Source: Basidiobolus meristosporus CBS 931.73
Taxonomy: Eukaryota > Fungi > Basidiobolomycota
Direction of reading: 5' to 3'
Length of the DNA stretch: 64,000 bases
Assembly: GCA_002104905.1 (NCBI GenBank)
Contig: MCFE01000250.1
Coordinates: 50,503 to 114,502, forward strand
The translations under genes and the position numbers were made by a program. Below, in pieces: positions 28,987-41,540 of the stretch. The notes beneath the pieces were generated by a model, which was given only the letters and a program-made list of their open reading frames with translations, was not told the DNA's origin and ran no database searches. Within the stretch, counting starts at the first letter, position 1; every line of letters starts with the position of its first letter.

Positions 28987-31459
28987 CACAACGTTGCCTT
29001 CAAAATAAATAGAATCCATTCACAGTGAGCATCTAGAAACACCAAATTTCATCCACAATTAGAGCATCCAAATAACGGGACTTGATACTGGATGGGCCCA
29101 CAGGATGGCGGAATGAGATGTGGGTAATACGTTTCTGGTTAGGGGGAAGCACGTTGATTCTCGATACGGCGGGGGATAATGAATTGAAATCCGGTTTTAG
29201 GCCCCACCAATAAGTGGAGTGATACGAATGGCTTCTTTTGGCTTTGTGCCAACCTAGAGAAATTGAGCTCGCACCAAACCCTGTATTCGGCAACCACTTT
29301 GGCATGAAAACCACAGCCGAATTATGATTGTGGCGACAATGCCTCGATTGTTCGTTCTGCGTAAACACGCGGTTTGCAAAAAAGAAAACCAGAGAACATT
29401 GCTGTGTGTAGCGTAGAAGCCAATATACCTATTGGCCGTTGCCAAAAGGTAGATAAATCAACAACCAGCTTGTACGCAACAATTGCTTCGAGTGGCACTT
29501 GAGCCAACCAATGACCAGCATATACACGCTTGTAAGATAGAGGGCCTCACCAAGATCGACCACCGATCGATATTTTACTGGATTGCTCGAGGTGCGCTAA
29601 TCGGAATCACATTATCATCTGTGCGTGGTTTAGAGTGGCATGGCGAAAACCGATCGATCCATCCTCCGCAAGACAGACTCCACTCCTGATCCTCGGGTTG
29701 CCATATTGCCAGATCGCCAGAATACCGAAAATCATCTGTTCCCACTCTGTGCCAAAGTTGTACTAGTCGATTGTGCAGTAAACAAAGCACACCGGCTTCC
29801 CAACGTCGTTGTACTCTGATATCATGCATACGCTGCATTGGATTGCGTGATTTAATAAGTTTGCGCAGGTTTCCTGAAGCACAGGTGAATCATTGGATGC
29901 TCAGCATGATGTCATCTCTCACATCGCTAATCTAAATTGGCGGTGGGTTGGGTTCCCATGACATCATCACGCACACCTTGTGTAGCATAGACACTACTTT
30001 TATCAGCGAAAGAAAGCGCACTTTCTATAACTGTTGTATCACTTACCGTAAATCGGCACCACATCTAATCCCTCCACAACCAACGCTATGAACCTATCCC
30101 TTTTGTGTCCAGATGAATGACATCATTTACTGATGTCAGCCACTATTCTTGGTGGATGACGTGTAGATGGGCACTATTGTGGATACATTGTGGTTCTAGA
30201 AAGATCAAACTAGTGGGAGTACACCAAAGCCGGCTCTGTGTAATGGATATGGAAGAAGGGGGGGTATCACTTGGTAGTTACCGCTCAATTGGAGCACTGA
30301 CAGTACCAGTTTGAATCCAAGGAAATGTGGTATTCGTGCTACAGTTTCTACATGTTCTGTTTATTTCATGTTATTCAACGTTGCCTCAAACCCTGCCAGT
30401 TAGATCATCATAACGTCATACTTGCGCCGATGGATAGGCAGGGAGAGTAAGGTCGGTAGGGTAACAGGATGGAGAAACTGGATTGAATGATTGATTGTCC
30501 TCCTGGAGTATTTCATATTGCCATTAAATGCTCGGAAATTTCGCTATAATTGGCATGAAGTTAATATGGGATACAGCTCTTCTCCTCCCATATCTATTAT
30601 TCGATGTTCTAATTTTAGATGATACCGCTCAACCCTGATGCTCAGACTGAACTTTATTATACTTTGATCATCTCATTAACTTGCCGTCCTGCGTCTGGCC
30701 ATTGTTAGCTTGCTTCTCAGTGAATGTGAAGACTTTGATGAGCCGGACTTCCATTGAGACCAGTAGACACCCTGTTCTTTCTGGGTGTATCTCTTACCGT
30801 ATTTATCTTGAGGCGTGTAACGTGTTTGCTGTATTACAAGATTCATTTGATTTATAATCCTGCTTCCACTCGCAATATACTATAAACAATCAGTTTCATC
30901 CGCCATCGAAGTCAACTTCGATTGATTTATACTGGCATCTCGATATTAGAGTGACAATCCATTCATTTATATGATACTGGGTCCATCGACAGTCATTTGC
31001 CAATTTCCACGGAGTTGAAGTTGTGAGCGGATCCGGACATCTCTTTCCAATCACTTCCACCCGAAGATCAAATCCATTCTAACGAAGCCGCTTTTCATAG
31101 GCTAGGCACTCCGAGAGATAAGATCTTTTTACTTGCTATTTATTAGCATCTCATTGAAGACCTCCCCCTTAGGACAAAAATGGAAAGAAAGGTGAAAAGT
31201 TGCCACACTAGTTTGCTGTAATCAGACGCCGCTCACAGTATATAAGAAGTGACTCCCCCTCTGGCATTTTCAAAAATCACTAGTTGGTTTATCTCAAGAA
31301 ACCTGTTGAGTTTTTCTACACGCACACATTCATTTCATCTCCCAGCAATCGCCACAATTACTTTGCGCGACATCTCTGGCCCTAGAACGGTATACCTGCT
31401 GTCTGTACGCCGAACCTCCATTACCACGACTTATTTGACATTTCAAACCCGCCACAACA

Positions 31460-32645
31460 ATGACCACCACATTACCTTACGTCAAGAATGAGAGCTCTGA
31501 ATATGAACTCCCATACGTGAGCAGCTTTATGCAACCTCGCAACCCCTTCAGTACACAAGTCACATCAGCTTCCGATTTCTCTTCGTATACGGACTCCCAA
31601 GGTAACTTCACTTCACACTCAACATGATCTAGTAGCCTTTATTGATCGAATTTTTTTAGTCCCATCTGAGGCTCCCGCCGAACCATCCACTGTAATTAAG
31701 AACCCAAATTTAGACATGGAGCCCAACCCATTTGAACAAAGCTTTCTCGCTTCTTCATCCCCATCTGGCACAAACAATATTGCCGCCAACACAGCGACCA
31801 AAGGCTTACTGCCACCAGTCTCCTCCATTGAGAATCCCCATCAATCACATGACACCACCACCAGCGTAGGTTGGGGCCAATCATTAAGAGCTGGACCATT
31901 ATCGCCATCGATGCTATTTGGCCCTCAACCGAATATTAGTAAGACTGTTATGGAGTCCAAGCCAGTATCTATGGGCCCTAGTTTCCTTGATAACTCCTTC
32001 ATGCCATCGACTTCCGGAAGTTTCAACGGGTCTACCACATCGATGTCTTATCGCCGTGCCTCGGTAGAACATTCACGCCCAGTCGTTACCGGGTGGGCTG
32101 AGCCCCTTGGTATTGATAGCAACAATATTCCAGGGGCCAACAAGCGCAAGGGCAGCGACAGCAGTCGCTCCTACTTGAGCGATGACAGTGACATGTCACG
32201 CCGAAACAGTCTTGATGACTCCGACAGCAAAAAGATCCGCTCCGACATGTCACCGGAAGAAAAACGCAAACTTTTTTTGGAGAGAAATCGGAAGGCCGCC
32301 TTGAAGTGCCGCCAACGTAAGAAGCAATGGTTGGCCAATCTCCAGAACAAGGTTGAGTACCTCACCCAAGAGAACGACTCCCTCCAGAGTCAGGCCACCT
32401 CACTCAGAGAAGAGATCATCAACTTGAAAACCTTGCTCTTGGCGCACAAGGACTGCCCGGTGGCCCAAGCTAACGGGGTTATTGGTTTGGATAACCTCGT
32501 CTCGACTCTCGACGCATCTGCTTTGACAATGAGTCAATCAATGCCCATTGAAGGCCGAGATATGGCTTCGTTTCCTGCATCAGTTCCATCGACTGCTCCA
32601 TCCAGCACGGTTGGAGTTGCACCCAATACAATCATCCGATTCTGA
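31460..32645 (+). CDS. ATF1: Atf1/ATF2-family bZIP transcription factor; intron 31602-31659
   Basis: Aft1_OSA-like EPNPFEQSF, GPLSPSML, bZIP KRKLFLERNRKAALKCRQRKKQWLANLQ...LKTLLLAHKDCP. Confidence 0.9.
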
Positions 32646-33354
32646 TCAGGGCGAAGGGAAGTGCCGACCAATCATGTAGATATATTTCCACCACCACGCA
32701 GTCACCTCGATTCAGTTAAGCTCACCAGAGGCTTTCCATTTTCGCTGAGTAGTGAGATTCGAATTGTCCTTCCGGATCACTCGTTTGTAATTTGCTTTGT
32801 TCCCATGGATATGCGGAACTGTTCTGGACTCGAAACCATTTTATTCTGGCATTCATTAATTGTACATCATTCTATATAAACTTCAGTGAGAGAAAGAGCC
32901 ACGGAATCCCCCCCCCCAATTTTCCATATTTGGTAGAATGGATTTTTCCATATTCGTTTACTGACTTGGTTTATTAGAACATTGGCGGATGGTTAAGTAA
33001 GCATCCCACTAGCACAGACATCTCACCGTATTAAGATTCCAAATGGGTACAAAGATACAGATGATAGCGAACTGACACATACGCCCGGGAAATCGCCCCA
33101 GATGGCGATATAACTTTGCCATGTCACCAGTCTGTACGGTTGGGATTTCCGGATAAATATGGTTGCTATTCCGTAGAGTTTACCACGGGTTCTTGGGCAG
33201 GCTCGTGGTTTACCGGTTCGGGTGTGTTCTACTCCAGGCCCATTGGGAGAGACGGCCAATCAAATCACACAGGACATATATATAGATTAGGCCAGTTTAT
33301 TTGCAGGATTGGGTGGGATATGCTGATACAATGTTAGTTTAGGTCGGGTATGCT

Positions 33355-34624
33355 CTACAAGCCAAAAGCAAAGGCACTCCATGTAATGGTTGAAAACGGC
33401 ATAGCATCAATCACGCGGACACCCTTATCATTCCCGGCTGCTCCTGCCACAATGTGTACTGGGATTAGATGCTCTATACTTGGGTGAGCATTTCTCAGGA
33501 TTGGATGACTTTTCAGGGAGCAAAGGGCATTCTCTCGCTCAACGCCCTAAATGGATTAATCATTGATTGATATGGCGGGAGATCATCTCGTATGTCAGTC
33601 ACCATCTTACCTGTAGATTACAACACATGTGTTCTAGGTCTTTATCAAACTGCACCACGAAATTCGGTGGCATTCCATTCATGTAACGCCCAAGATCCCT
33701 CAAGTTGTGAACTGCTGAGCCGGAGCCAATCAATAGTACACCTTCGTCCCTATTTCCTATACAATCAGTCGCGTGCATCGTAGAAATCCACATCCCAACG
33801 TGGCATACCTTAGGGCGGCTAATGCAGCCCCTATTTTGATATGTTCCTCCATGGACCCTCTATCTTTCAAAGAAACCTGAACGATTGGGAAATTCGGAGT
33901 GGGAAACATCTTGGTGAAGGGAACCTGGCGTGATAGGGAGGTGCATCAGCATACACATCCCTAAGGGTACACACGCATAACAACCTACCCAAACCCCGTG
34001 GTCGATACCTCGTTTCTTCTCTTCTACCGCCTCAATACCACCCTATAAGGATTGATCAATCTTGATTAGGAGAGGAATTTTCTCGAACTCGATTCGATGG
34101 TGACTGAACCTGTTTTAGCAATTCTAGGACTCGACGGCTGACGTTCGCGTCCCCCTTGCTATCGTAAGTTACTTGGTAGTAGTGTTTTGGAAAGCCGTAG
34201 AAGTCATAGATAAGAGAGTTGACGTTGGAGGTTTGAACTGAAAATTCGATAGACCTTGAGTTCGGGGATAGGATAGCAAGTCTTATAGCTAAACCTTACC
34301 AGCAACATTGTCGCGGGTTTCCCAATGAGCACTGAAAACAACCACTGCCTTGGGCTCGAGCTTGCTCAGCTTGTTTCCAAGTTTTTGTAAATCCCGAGAG
34401 GGCTTGGTATCCTCAAACACGAGATTAGGACCTATGGTACCGTAACCGTGGGTTAGAGGCTATCTCTTTGGCGAGCGAATAAATTTTGAGCTTCAGCAAA
34501 TACCTCCGTGTGAGATATAAACCACGGGAAGTCTTTTTCCCTCAGTAGCGTTCGAACTAGCAGATACCATATTGCGTCGGAAAGAATGTCCAAGTGATTT
34601 GAGATGAGTTCTGAATAATAACAT
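33355..34624 (-). CDS. LigB-family extradiol dioxygenase (4,5-DOPA dioxygenase/YgiD-like), multi-exon
   Basis: PVVYISHGG, VVFSAHWET, YDFYGF, RGIDHG, PIVQVSL, GVLLIGSGSAVHNL, AHPSIEHLIP. Confidence 0.85.
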
Positions 34625-34863
34625 TTTCCTAAACCTGTCGTGGGCTTTTATCTTAATATCATACAAATAATCCTCTCCATATAGGTATTTCACCCGTTGC
34701 TTGGTAATTATCCGATACGATGGTGCAAGGCACACTGACTAATATTGATTTAACCGGCTGTTGATATACTGTTTAACCTTCGTTGAGCTTTTAACACTTC
34801 GCTTTATTAAGTTTACATAGTTTGATGGCAATTTAGGATATCAAGGGAATATGGACTACGGTT

Positions 34864-35422
34864 TTAAGACAATTGAACCGCGACACAGCCGACGGCAAGT
34901 AGGGCAGACATCAGAGTGACGGTGTTGACTGAAGCGGCGGACTTCCCGTCAGCACTGATGTCGACTTCATTGGAGGTTTGGTTGTTGCTGCCTTGAGTTG
35001 GGTTGGGGCTTGAGGTCTTACTGTTTGGTTGGGGTGCTATCACTCCCGGATTTTCCATCAGACGATTGGATCTCAAAATATGCACTGTAGGATACGTCTG
35101 GGTTTGTTCCCATCCGGATGGAGTAGTCCTTGGCTGGCTCTTGTGTGGCTGGGATCTCCCACTCATATTGTCCTAAAGAGGAATCCACATCCTTAACAAT
35201 GGTGCTAACCAATGCGAGTGCAGTCTCCTTGCCCTTCATCAAAGCAATATCAAACTTGGCTGGCATTTTGGGCTCCTCGCCATTGTCTTGCCAGGTGATG
35301 ATGTTCTTGGAGCCAGCCTTCCAGGTTGATAAGACAGGGGCAGTGATAGCAACTTTGGCGCTCACGAATGAAAGGGTGGAGGCCAAGAGGACTGATACGG
35401 AGGCAAGGCTAGGGAGATGCAT
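34864..35422 (-). CDS. Secreted/GPI-anchored Kre9/Knh1-like Ig-fold protein, copy A; +1 indel at 35031-35034 separates the S/T stalk and GPI signal
   Basis: Signal peptide, ITW...FDIALM...GQYEWEIP...YSIRMG...YSAYFEI; hydrophobic C-tail LMSALLAVGCVAVQLS in the next frame. Confidence 0.8.
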
Positions 35423-35879
35423 TTCTGTGAACTCGAAGGAGAATGATTAATTATGAGAGATCTGCTGCTCTTTTATAGTTCATCAGCACTTTCGAAAAAG
35501 GGACATGTCGTGGCGGCTCATACTCTTTCCAGCCTAGTACGTTGTATTGTGTTCTATTACCAATAAAAACGTCATTCATCTATACCACCACCCTGCTGGC
35601 TGAATTCAGAAGCCTCAAAAACATAGTGTACAGCAATGACTTTGTTTGGGTTTAAGTCTTTCCGGAAGTTCGCGAGTTCGCAGAAAAATCTAGATGTCAC
35701 TTTGATTTGCGGGCTCAGTGTTGCAAAGTCCTCTATTTGGGATTTCATTTCGGCGTTCAAATTATTCAGTTTACACAATCAATACAGTACTTTCATAATT
35801 TATTAATTTGTTCAAATCAGAGCTATTTGGGGAATGGTTATATTTTGTATGCTGTGTTTATACAGTCTAATATGATCAA

Positions 35880-36416
35880 CTAAAGAAGCTGGAAGGCCAC
35901 AGACCCTGCAACAATTAATCCACTAGCTAGTGTCGCGACGTTGGCGAGTCCATCCGACTTCTCCTTCGTGTCTTGGACTTGGGTGCCGCTGGCAGTGCTG
36001 CCTGCGTTTTGTGCAGGTGCTTTGGTGTCTGTATTAGGCGTACTACCACCAGACTTTCCATCAGACGACTGGATCTCAAAATATGCACTGTAGGATACGT
36101 CTGGGTTTGTTCCCATCCGGATGGAGTAGTCCTGGGCTGGCTCTAATGTGGCTGGGATCTCCCACTCATATTGTCCTAAAGAGGAATCCACATCCTTAAC
36201 AATGGTGCTAACCAATGCGAGTGCAGTCTCCTTGCCCTTCATCAAAGCAATATCAAACTTGGCCGGCATTTTGGGCTCCTCGCCATTGTCTTGCCAGGTG
36301 ATGATGTTCTTGGAGCCAGCCTTCCAGGTTGATAGGACAGGGGCAGTGATGGCAACTTTGGCGCTCACGTAGGAGGCCAAGAGAAGAGAAACAGCGGCAA
36401 GACTGGGTAGATACAT
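35880..36416 (-). CDS. Secreted/GPI-anchored Kre9/Knh1-like Ig-fold protein, copy B (intact)
   Basis: Signal peptide MYLPSLAAVSLLLASYVSA, the same core domain as copy A, S/T/G stalk and hydrophobic C-terminus. Confidence 0.85.
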   Translation of the reverse strand: MYLPSLAAVSLLLASYVSAKVAITAPVLSTWKAGSKNIITWQDNGEEPKMPAKFDIALMKGKETALALVSTIVKDVDSSLGQYEWEIPATLEPAQDYSIRMGTNPDVSYSAYFEIQSSDGKSGGSTPNTDTKAPAQNAGSTASGTQVQDTKEKSDGLANVATLASGLIVAGSVAFQLL

Positions 36417-36874
36417 AGTTGAAGAGACACTGTGAATGATGGTTGTTAGAGTCTGAATGTCACTGGTTTTATACATCTCACATAATGGATTTGTGGAAGC
36501 GATGACTTGAATCTCCGTTATCTGAGAAATAGTCATTTGAACGTCATTATCACTGTTTGTTTTGGCTGAGTCATAAATTAAATGATTTGATCTACCTTAA
36601 GCTTAATTACCAGATTGATTACCTTCCACCAAACCCCGACCCGCCCATTGTTGACATAACCGTCCCAGCTGGCGTCAAGGAAAAAAGACGCTTGATCCCA
36701 TCTCAAACCAAAATCCCCCATAAGAACCAATGTCACGTATACCATTGGGCGAAATCAACCAAAAGCTGAATTGCAAGCCAGAGGATGGAATATTCTTTGA
36801 TTATCTCGCTCTAGCCGTATTGAAGCAAGCGGCCAGAAATATCAGATATGACAGTAAAGCTTGGGGTTTGTGAT

Positions 36875-36882
36875 TGACGTCA
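36875..36882. promoter_or_regulatory. Palindromic CRE (ATF/CREB) site TGACGTCA upstream of GPI copy B
   Basis: Exact TGACGTCA ~460 bp upstream of the ATG at 36416; function untested. Confidence 0.35.
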
Positions 36883-37310
36883 CCGTGGCGACGGTGAGCA
36901 ATCATGGGTAGGTGTTGAGGTGTGCAATCGCGATATATACAATTTAGCACTGATGCTTAGCTGGCAAGACCCGGCTTTCCAATGAGGCGTACGAGATCGC
37001 AACCACTATGGACTATTTGGACCTGGCGGTTGCCTTCCCCAGGACTTCTGTGGTACGACGCCAACTCCCAGCCCCGTTTACTCGATGCTCTATTTAAGTG
37101 ACCCAGAGGTTAGTGTGGCTTCTCGATATGGACCTCATTATCAAACGAGTATCTTTATTTCTCATTTGGAATTGGACTATAATTTATAAAGGCGTGGGAA
37201 GGGTGTAAAAGGAAAGGGCTATGCCGATATCTTCATGGAGAGAATGGTTATGAGTGTACAAGCTAGAAAAGCATTCGCTATCCTATATGTAAATGCCGGG
37301 TTGTAAATGT

Positions 37311-38295
37311 TTACTTGGGTGGGTTGTAGATGATCTTTCTATTCTTAAGAACACTCCACTTGAAGCGCTTAAGCCAGATGGAGATCACGAACAAGCCGGA
37401 GAGGATGGCAACAGCCTTGAGACCAAGCTTCTTACGCTCATCGTGCTCTGGTTCCGAAGCCCAGGAGAGGAACGTAGTAACATCCTTGGCCATTTGAGAA
37501 GTGGTGGCTGGGGTGCCATCTTCGTATTCAACCAAACCATCATACAACACTCTGGCCATGGCAATAGCACCACCAGGGAAGTAGGGGTTATAGTTGAGCC
37601 CTTCACGAACCTCAATACCAGCAGGGGCATCATAGTAGCCAGTCAAGAGGGCGAAAACGTAATCAGCTCCTCCATGTCTACCCTTGACGATCAAACTGAG
37701 ATCGGGAGGGTAAGCACCAGCGTTACCTGCTCTGGCGGCCTCCTCGTTGGGGTAAGGGCGGGGGAAGTAATCGGAAAGCTTTCCGGGTCTCTCGAACATT
37801 TCACCGGCATCGTTGGGGCCGTCTTGGACCTCAATCTCCTCGGCGAGGGCCTTGGCCTCCTCTTCGGTGTGGGAAACGCCAACCAAGTTACGGAAGGCAA
37901 TACGGTCCAAGGAATGGCAAGTGGAACAAACTTCTTTGTATACCTGGTAACCACGACGGATGGAGGCGTGGTCGAAGGTGCTCAGTGGGCTGTTGTGAGA
38001 CCAAGGGAAAGCAGGAGGATGAAGACCCTCGTCAGCGCCATCAGCATGAATATTGCTCTCGAAGTATGCATAAGAAGCGGCGCCGGAAGCGGCAGCAGCG
38101 GCAGCAATGGTGCCAACTCTGGAGAAGATAGGCTGTTCAAAGAAACAGTTTAATATACTTGGTGCTGCATAAAGGCATCAAATGAAGAGTATTTACACTT
38201 TCGGCCGAGGAAGCAGAGTGATTGAAGCGAACTTGTCTTCCGCTACGGGTGATAGCTCTTTTCAAAGCAGAGGAGGTGGCTAATCTGGAGAGCAT
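37311..38295 (-). CDS. CYT1: Cytochrome c1, mitochondrial; 1 intron
   Basis: [20 protein letters not shown] heme motif, [25 protein letters not shown], presequence [13 protein letters not shown]. Confidence 0.96.
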
Positions 38296-38686
38296 GTTGA
38301 AGGAGAAACAGTGAATTATCCGAAAGGTTGTTGAGTTAGGCCCTCGGGTGGAGAAATTAGAGAAAGGGTAAGACTTCTCAAATCAATGATGTTGAGGATA
38401 AGAAAAGAGGGCTATTTCTTGAAAATGTGAAATTTTTGACCCATCTAGTTTAACCATCACCCCGACCCATTTTTCTCCCCGTACTTTGACAAAGTTCTTG
38501 GGGCACTTGATTGGTGGAATATGTGTGGGGCTAGTATGGGGCGTGATGCGCTTGTAATACAAACCTATTGAAATCTCCTTTTCTACTCGGGTTGCCACCC
38601 AAAATCCTATGCTCCATATCATATGGCTACCCCAGAGGTTTTCCGATTTATGCCAAGTGTTTATTTGTAAGGTTAGGTTACCAGAA

Positions 38687-38698
38687 TTAGGGTTAGGG
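38687..38698 (+). promoter_or_regulatory. (TTAGGG)2 telobox in the divergent CYT1/paraoxonase-like promoter
   Basis: TTAGGGTTAGGG, preceded by a degenerate AAGGTTAGGTTA. Confidence 0.4.
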
Positions 38699-38730
38699 CT
38701 CAGTAGTCAGGCTTTGTAGTTGTTTTTCAC

Positions 38731-40113
38731 ATGCTGTCGATCAGCATAAATGATGCTTACGTGTATATTTGCGATATTCGCTATATATTTCTAAGTTCTT
38801 GACAGTCCACCATCAATGCTTTTGTACATATTTGTAGGTCTTCTTGCTGTTTTAGGGGGTGTGTTGTATGCGCCATTAATTGAAGTATGGGAAGTCTCGG
38901 GACTGAACAAACCATTTCCCACTCACGAAATCCCCTCCAACTGCGTCATTTTGAAAGGTATCGCCTCGAGAGGAAGCTAGCTTGTATTTTGCGGTTAACT
39001 TATTGCCAAATAGAGCTTCAAGCCTGTGAAGATATTCACATCCACCATAGTACTGCAACCGCTTTTTTGACGTGTGGCTCTCCTCAAAGAAGAACTCAAT
39101 GGTATCCCCCAATCCAGAAGATGGACAAAGCCGGTGCTGGGGTTGATCAGTTTGTAAAATATGATTTGGCAGTAAGTTTAGCCTGTGCATTCAATAGTGT
39201 TCTATGAAGTTGAGCGAGATTTACGCTTTTACAGACGGATACCTACCAAGCACTGAAGGTAGTTAATTACCCCCATACTGAATTGGTGCTTCATGGAATC
39301 GGCATGCACGAAAACCCAGAGAATCCAAAGGAGCTCATCATTGCTGCAGTAAACCATCGTACCTCAGGTTCGGTCATTGAGATCTTTACTCATCCTGTTG
39401 GAAGTGATAAGTTGGTGCACGTCGAAACAGTCGTACATGAGTTGATACATTCACCCAACGATATTGTGGTCCTTTCGAAAAAAGAATTCTACGTCACGAA
39501 TGATTTCCCTGCTATGATACCTAAATGGGCACGAGCGATTGAGAGTAAACATGTCTATCAGTTCGTTAGTCTGCTATGTCTGCTTGTCTAACATATTTCC
39601 ATAGTGCTGGCTCCTCCTTACACCTCCGTCATCCACCGTTCTGAATCGGGGGAGATAAGAAATGTTGCAATGCTTCGTGGTGCTAATGGAATAGCTGTCA
39701 ACCATGATGCAAGCCTGATCTACGTCAACTCTTATGGCACCGGCCGTTTGAATGTTTACCAAAGAAGTGCCAATTCTGGCAATTTGGTGCTTATGGATGT
39801 TGTGAAGGTCGGGTTTGGAATTGATAATCCTACAGTTGATTATACGACTGGTGAGATCTACGATACTGGAACTACTAATGGCTTGGCCGCTGTCAAGTCG
39901 TACAGCACTGTAGGATATCAAGTGCCCTTCCAAGTATCCAAAATAGTAAACAACACCGATAGCGATCTATTTTATGGAGTGCGCTTCAAGTCAAATCCAT
40001 TCCTTACTGGAATTGCTCCTGGCATGGCAACTGTCGCTGCTGTGGATTCGAAATTGGGAAAAGCACTTGTGGGAGGCTTCAACATGCAAGGAACACTTTT
40101 ATGCAAAATCTAA
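38731..40113 (+). CDS. Paraoxonase/arylesterase-like six-bladed beta-propeller lactonase, multi-exon; start uncertain
   Basis: Hydrophobic N-terminus, ACEDI, LHGI, PNDI, ANGI and IDN: the Ca-ligand pattern of the PON family. Confidence 0.78.
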
Positions 40114-40409
40114 ATAGCCATGAATACCGCAGACTAAATATTGATATTGCGTATCCAAACAAAAAACTGTAAGAGCTTTACATGGATGTCGTTTATATTG
40201 TCATATTCAAATTAACAGTAAATATATTGGAATAAAGTACTTGCAAATGTATCTAATTATGGAGCTTTTCCGTTATATTACTGGCAAGGTCAAGGTGTTT
40301 AAATGAACTTTCATATCGCAAGCTATGAATGATATGTAAATACGTTGTGTTGATATTCAATATTTATATGTATTTATTGGAAAACTGTTCAGAATTTCTT
40401 CGGCATATA

Positions 40410-41540
40410 TTAAAGGTTTTCTTCAGTTGGTGATATCATTTCAGTAGGTTTGTCCAGCATGATTTCATCCTCGTTGTCCTTCGAATCGCCAGGCTCACTT
40501 AGTAAATACTCGGCTTTTGAGCTACGTCCTTTATTCTTCGACTGAGGTTCGTTACTTCTACCCTCGGCATCTCTTTCGTTGTTGGTGCCTTTATCGTCTT
40601 GGTATCTAGATGATTGCCCATTAGAGTCACTTCTCCGATAGCTTTCATGTGTAGGTAGGAAACATTCTTCGGGTTCAAGCTCATAGAGTCCACCACCATT
40701 TCTCAGAGGGAACCCTTCCTCAGGCTCAAAATGCCAATGTCGTCCGCCGCGTCTGCCATGGAATCTTTCTTCAGGTACTGAGCCATAATGTCTTCTACCG
40801 TGTCTTGAAGAATGTCCTCGCTCGGATCCAAAACTCCAATGACCCCTACCACGTCTTGGAGGGAAGCCATAATGCGGTCCAAAGCCCCAAGGTTCACTAC
40901 CACATCTTGGCGGGAAGCCATCAAGGGGTCCCCATTGTCTTCCACCGCGTCTTGTCGGGAAGCCTTTGTGAAATCCAAAGTTCCAGGGTCCATCACCAAA
41001 TCTTGGAGGAAAGCCTGCGTCAGGCCCAAATCCCCAATCTCTTCCAGGGCCTCCGGAGGGAGGCTCTTCGGATTTCCCCTTGCATTTACTACACTTGGGT
41101 TTCTCTTGATCTGGTGTGGGTCCCCGAGATAACTTACCTACGGGTCTATGACTCCAGAATCTTTCACTTTGAAAACGTGGGTTAAAACTCCCATACATCA
41201 TTCTCCAAAATCCTGACCCATGCCTTGGATCACAATGATCCTCACCAGGAAAGCTTCTGAAATGCGGAAAGCCATAAGGCTTGAAATGCCTTTGACCACA
41301 TTTATACCCACAAACTATCCCATTACGGTCATTAGTTTGATTTTCATGAATTTCACACTCATCCTCACTATCACTGGATAGTTTCTCAATCAGAGGAATT
41401 TCATCAGGTATAGGTTGAGTAAATTCGTTCACACCACACGAAAGAGGATTGCACACATCACTTATGACACAGTTGGTCAATTCATTCTCCAGCACAAGAA
41501 TTGCGCTTCCAAGCTCTGACTTACGGTTGATTTCACACAT
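40410..41540 (-). CDS. Orphan low-complexity protein (376 aa) with eight ~17-aa W/F/G/P/R-rich tandem repeats
   Basis: Single long open frame; repeats at ~40641-41042; no recognised domain. Confidence 0.6.
   Translation of the reverse strand: MCEINRKSELGSAILVLENELTNCVISDVCNPLSCGVNEFTQPIPDEIPLIEKLSSDSEDECEIHENQTNDRNGIVCGYKCGQRHFKPYGFPHFRSFPGEDHCDPRHGSGFWRMMYGSFNPRFQSERFWSHRPVGKLSRGPTPDQEKPKCSKCKGKSEEPPSGGPGRDWGFGPDAGFPPRFGDGPWNFGFHKGFPTRRGGRQWGPLDGFPPRCGSEPWGFGPHYGFPPRRGRGHWSFGSERGHSSRHGRRHYGSVPEERFHGRRGGRHWHFEPEEGFPLRNGGGLYELEPEECFLPTHESYRRSDSNGQSSRYQDDKGTNNERDAEGRSNEPQSKNKGRSSKAEYLLSEPGDSKDNEDEIMLDKPTEMISPTEENL

Noticed and set aside
29033-31400. Long non-coding region upstream of ATF1 as lncRNA or uORF control
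   Set aside because: No structural or repeat signal visible; long promoters are normal for stress transcription factors.
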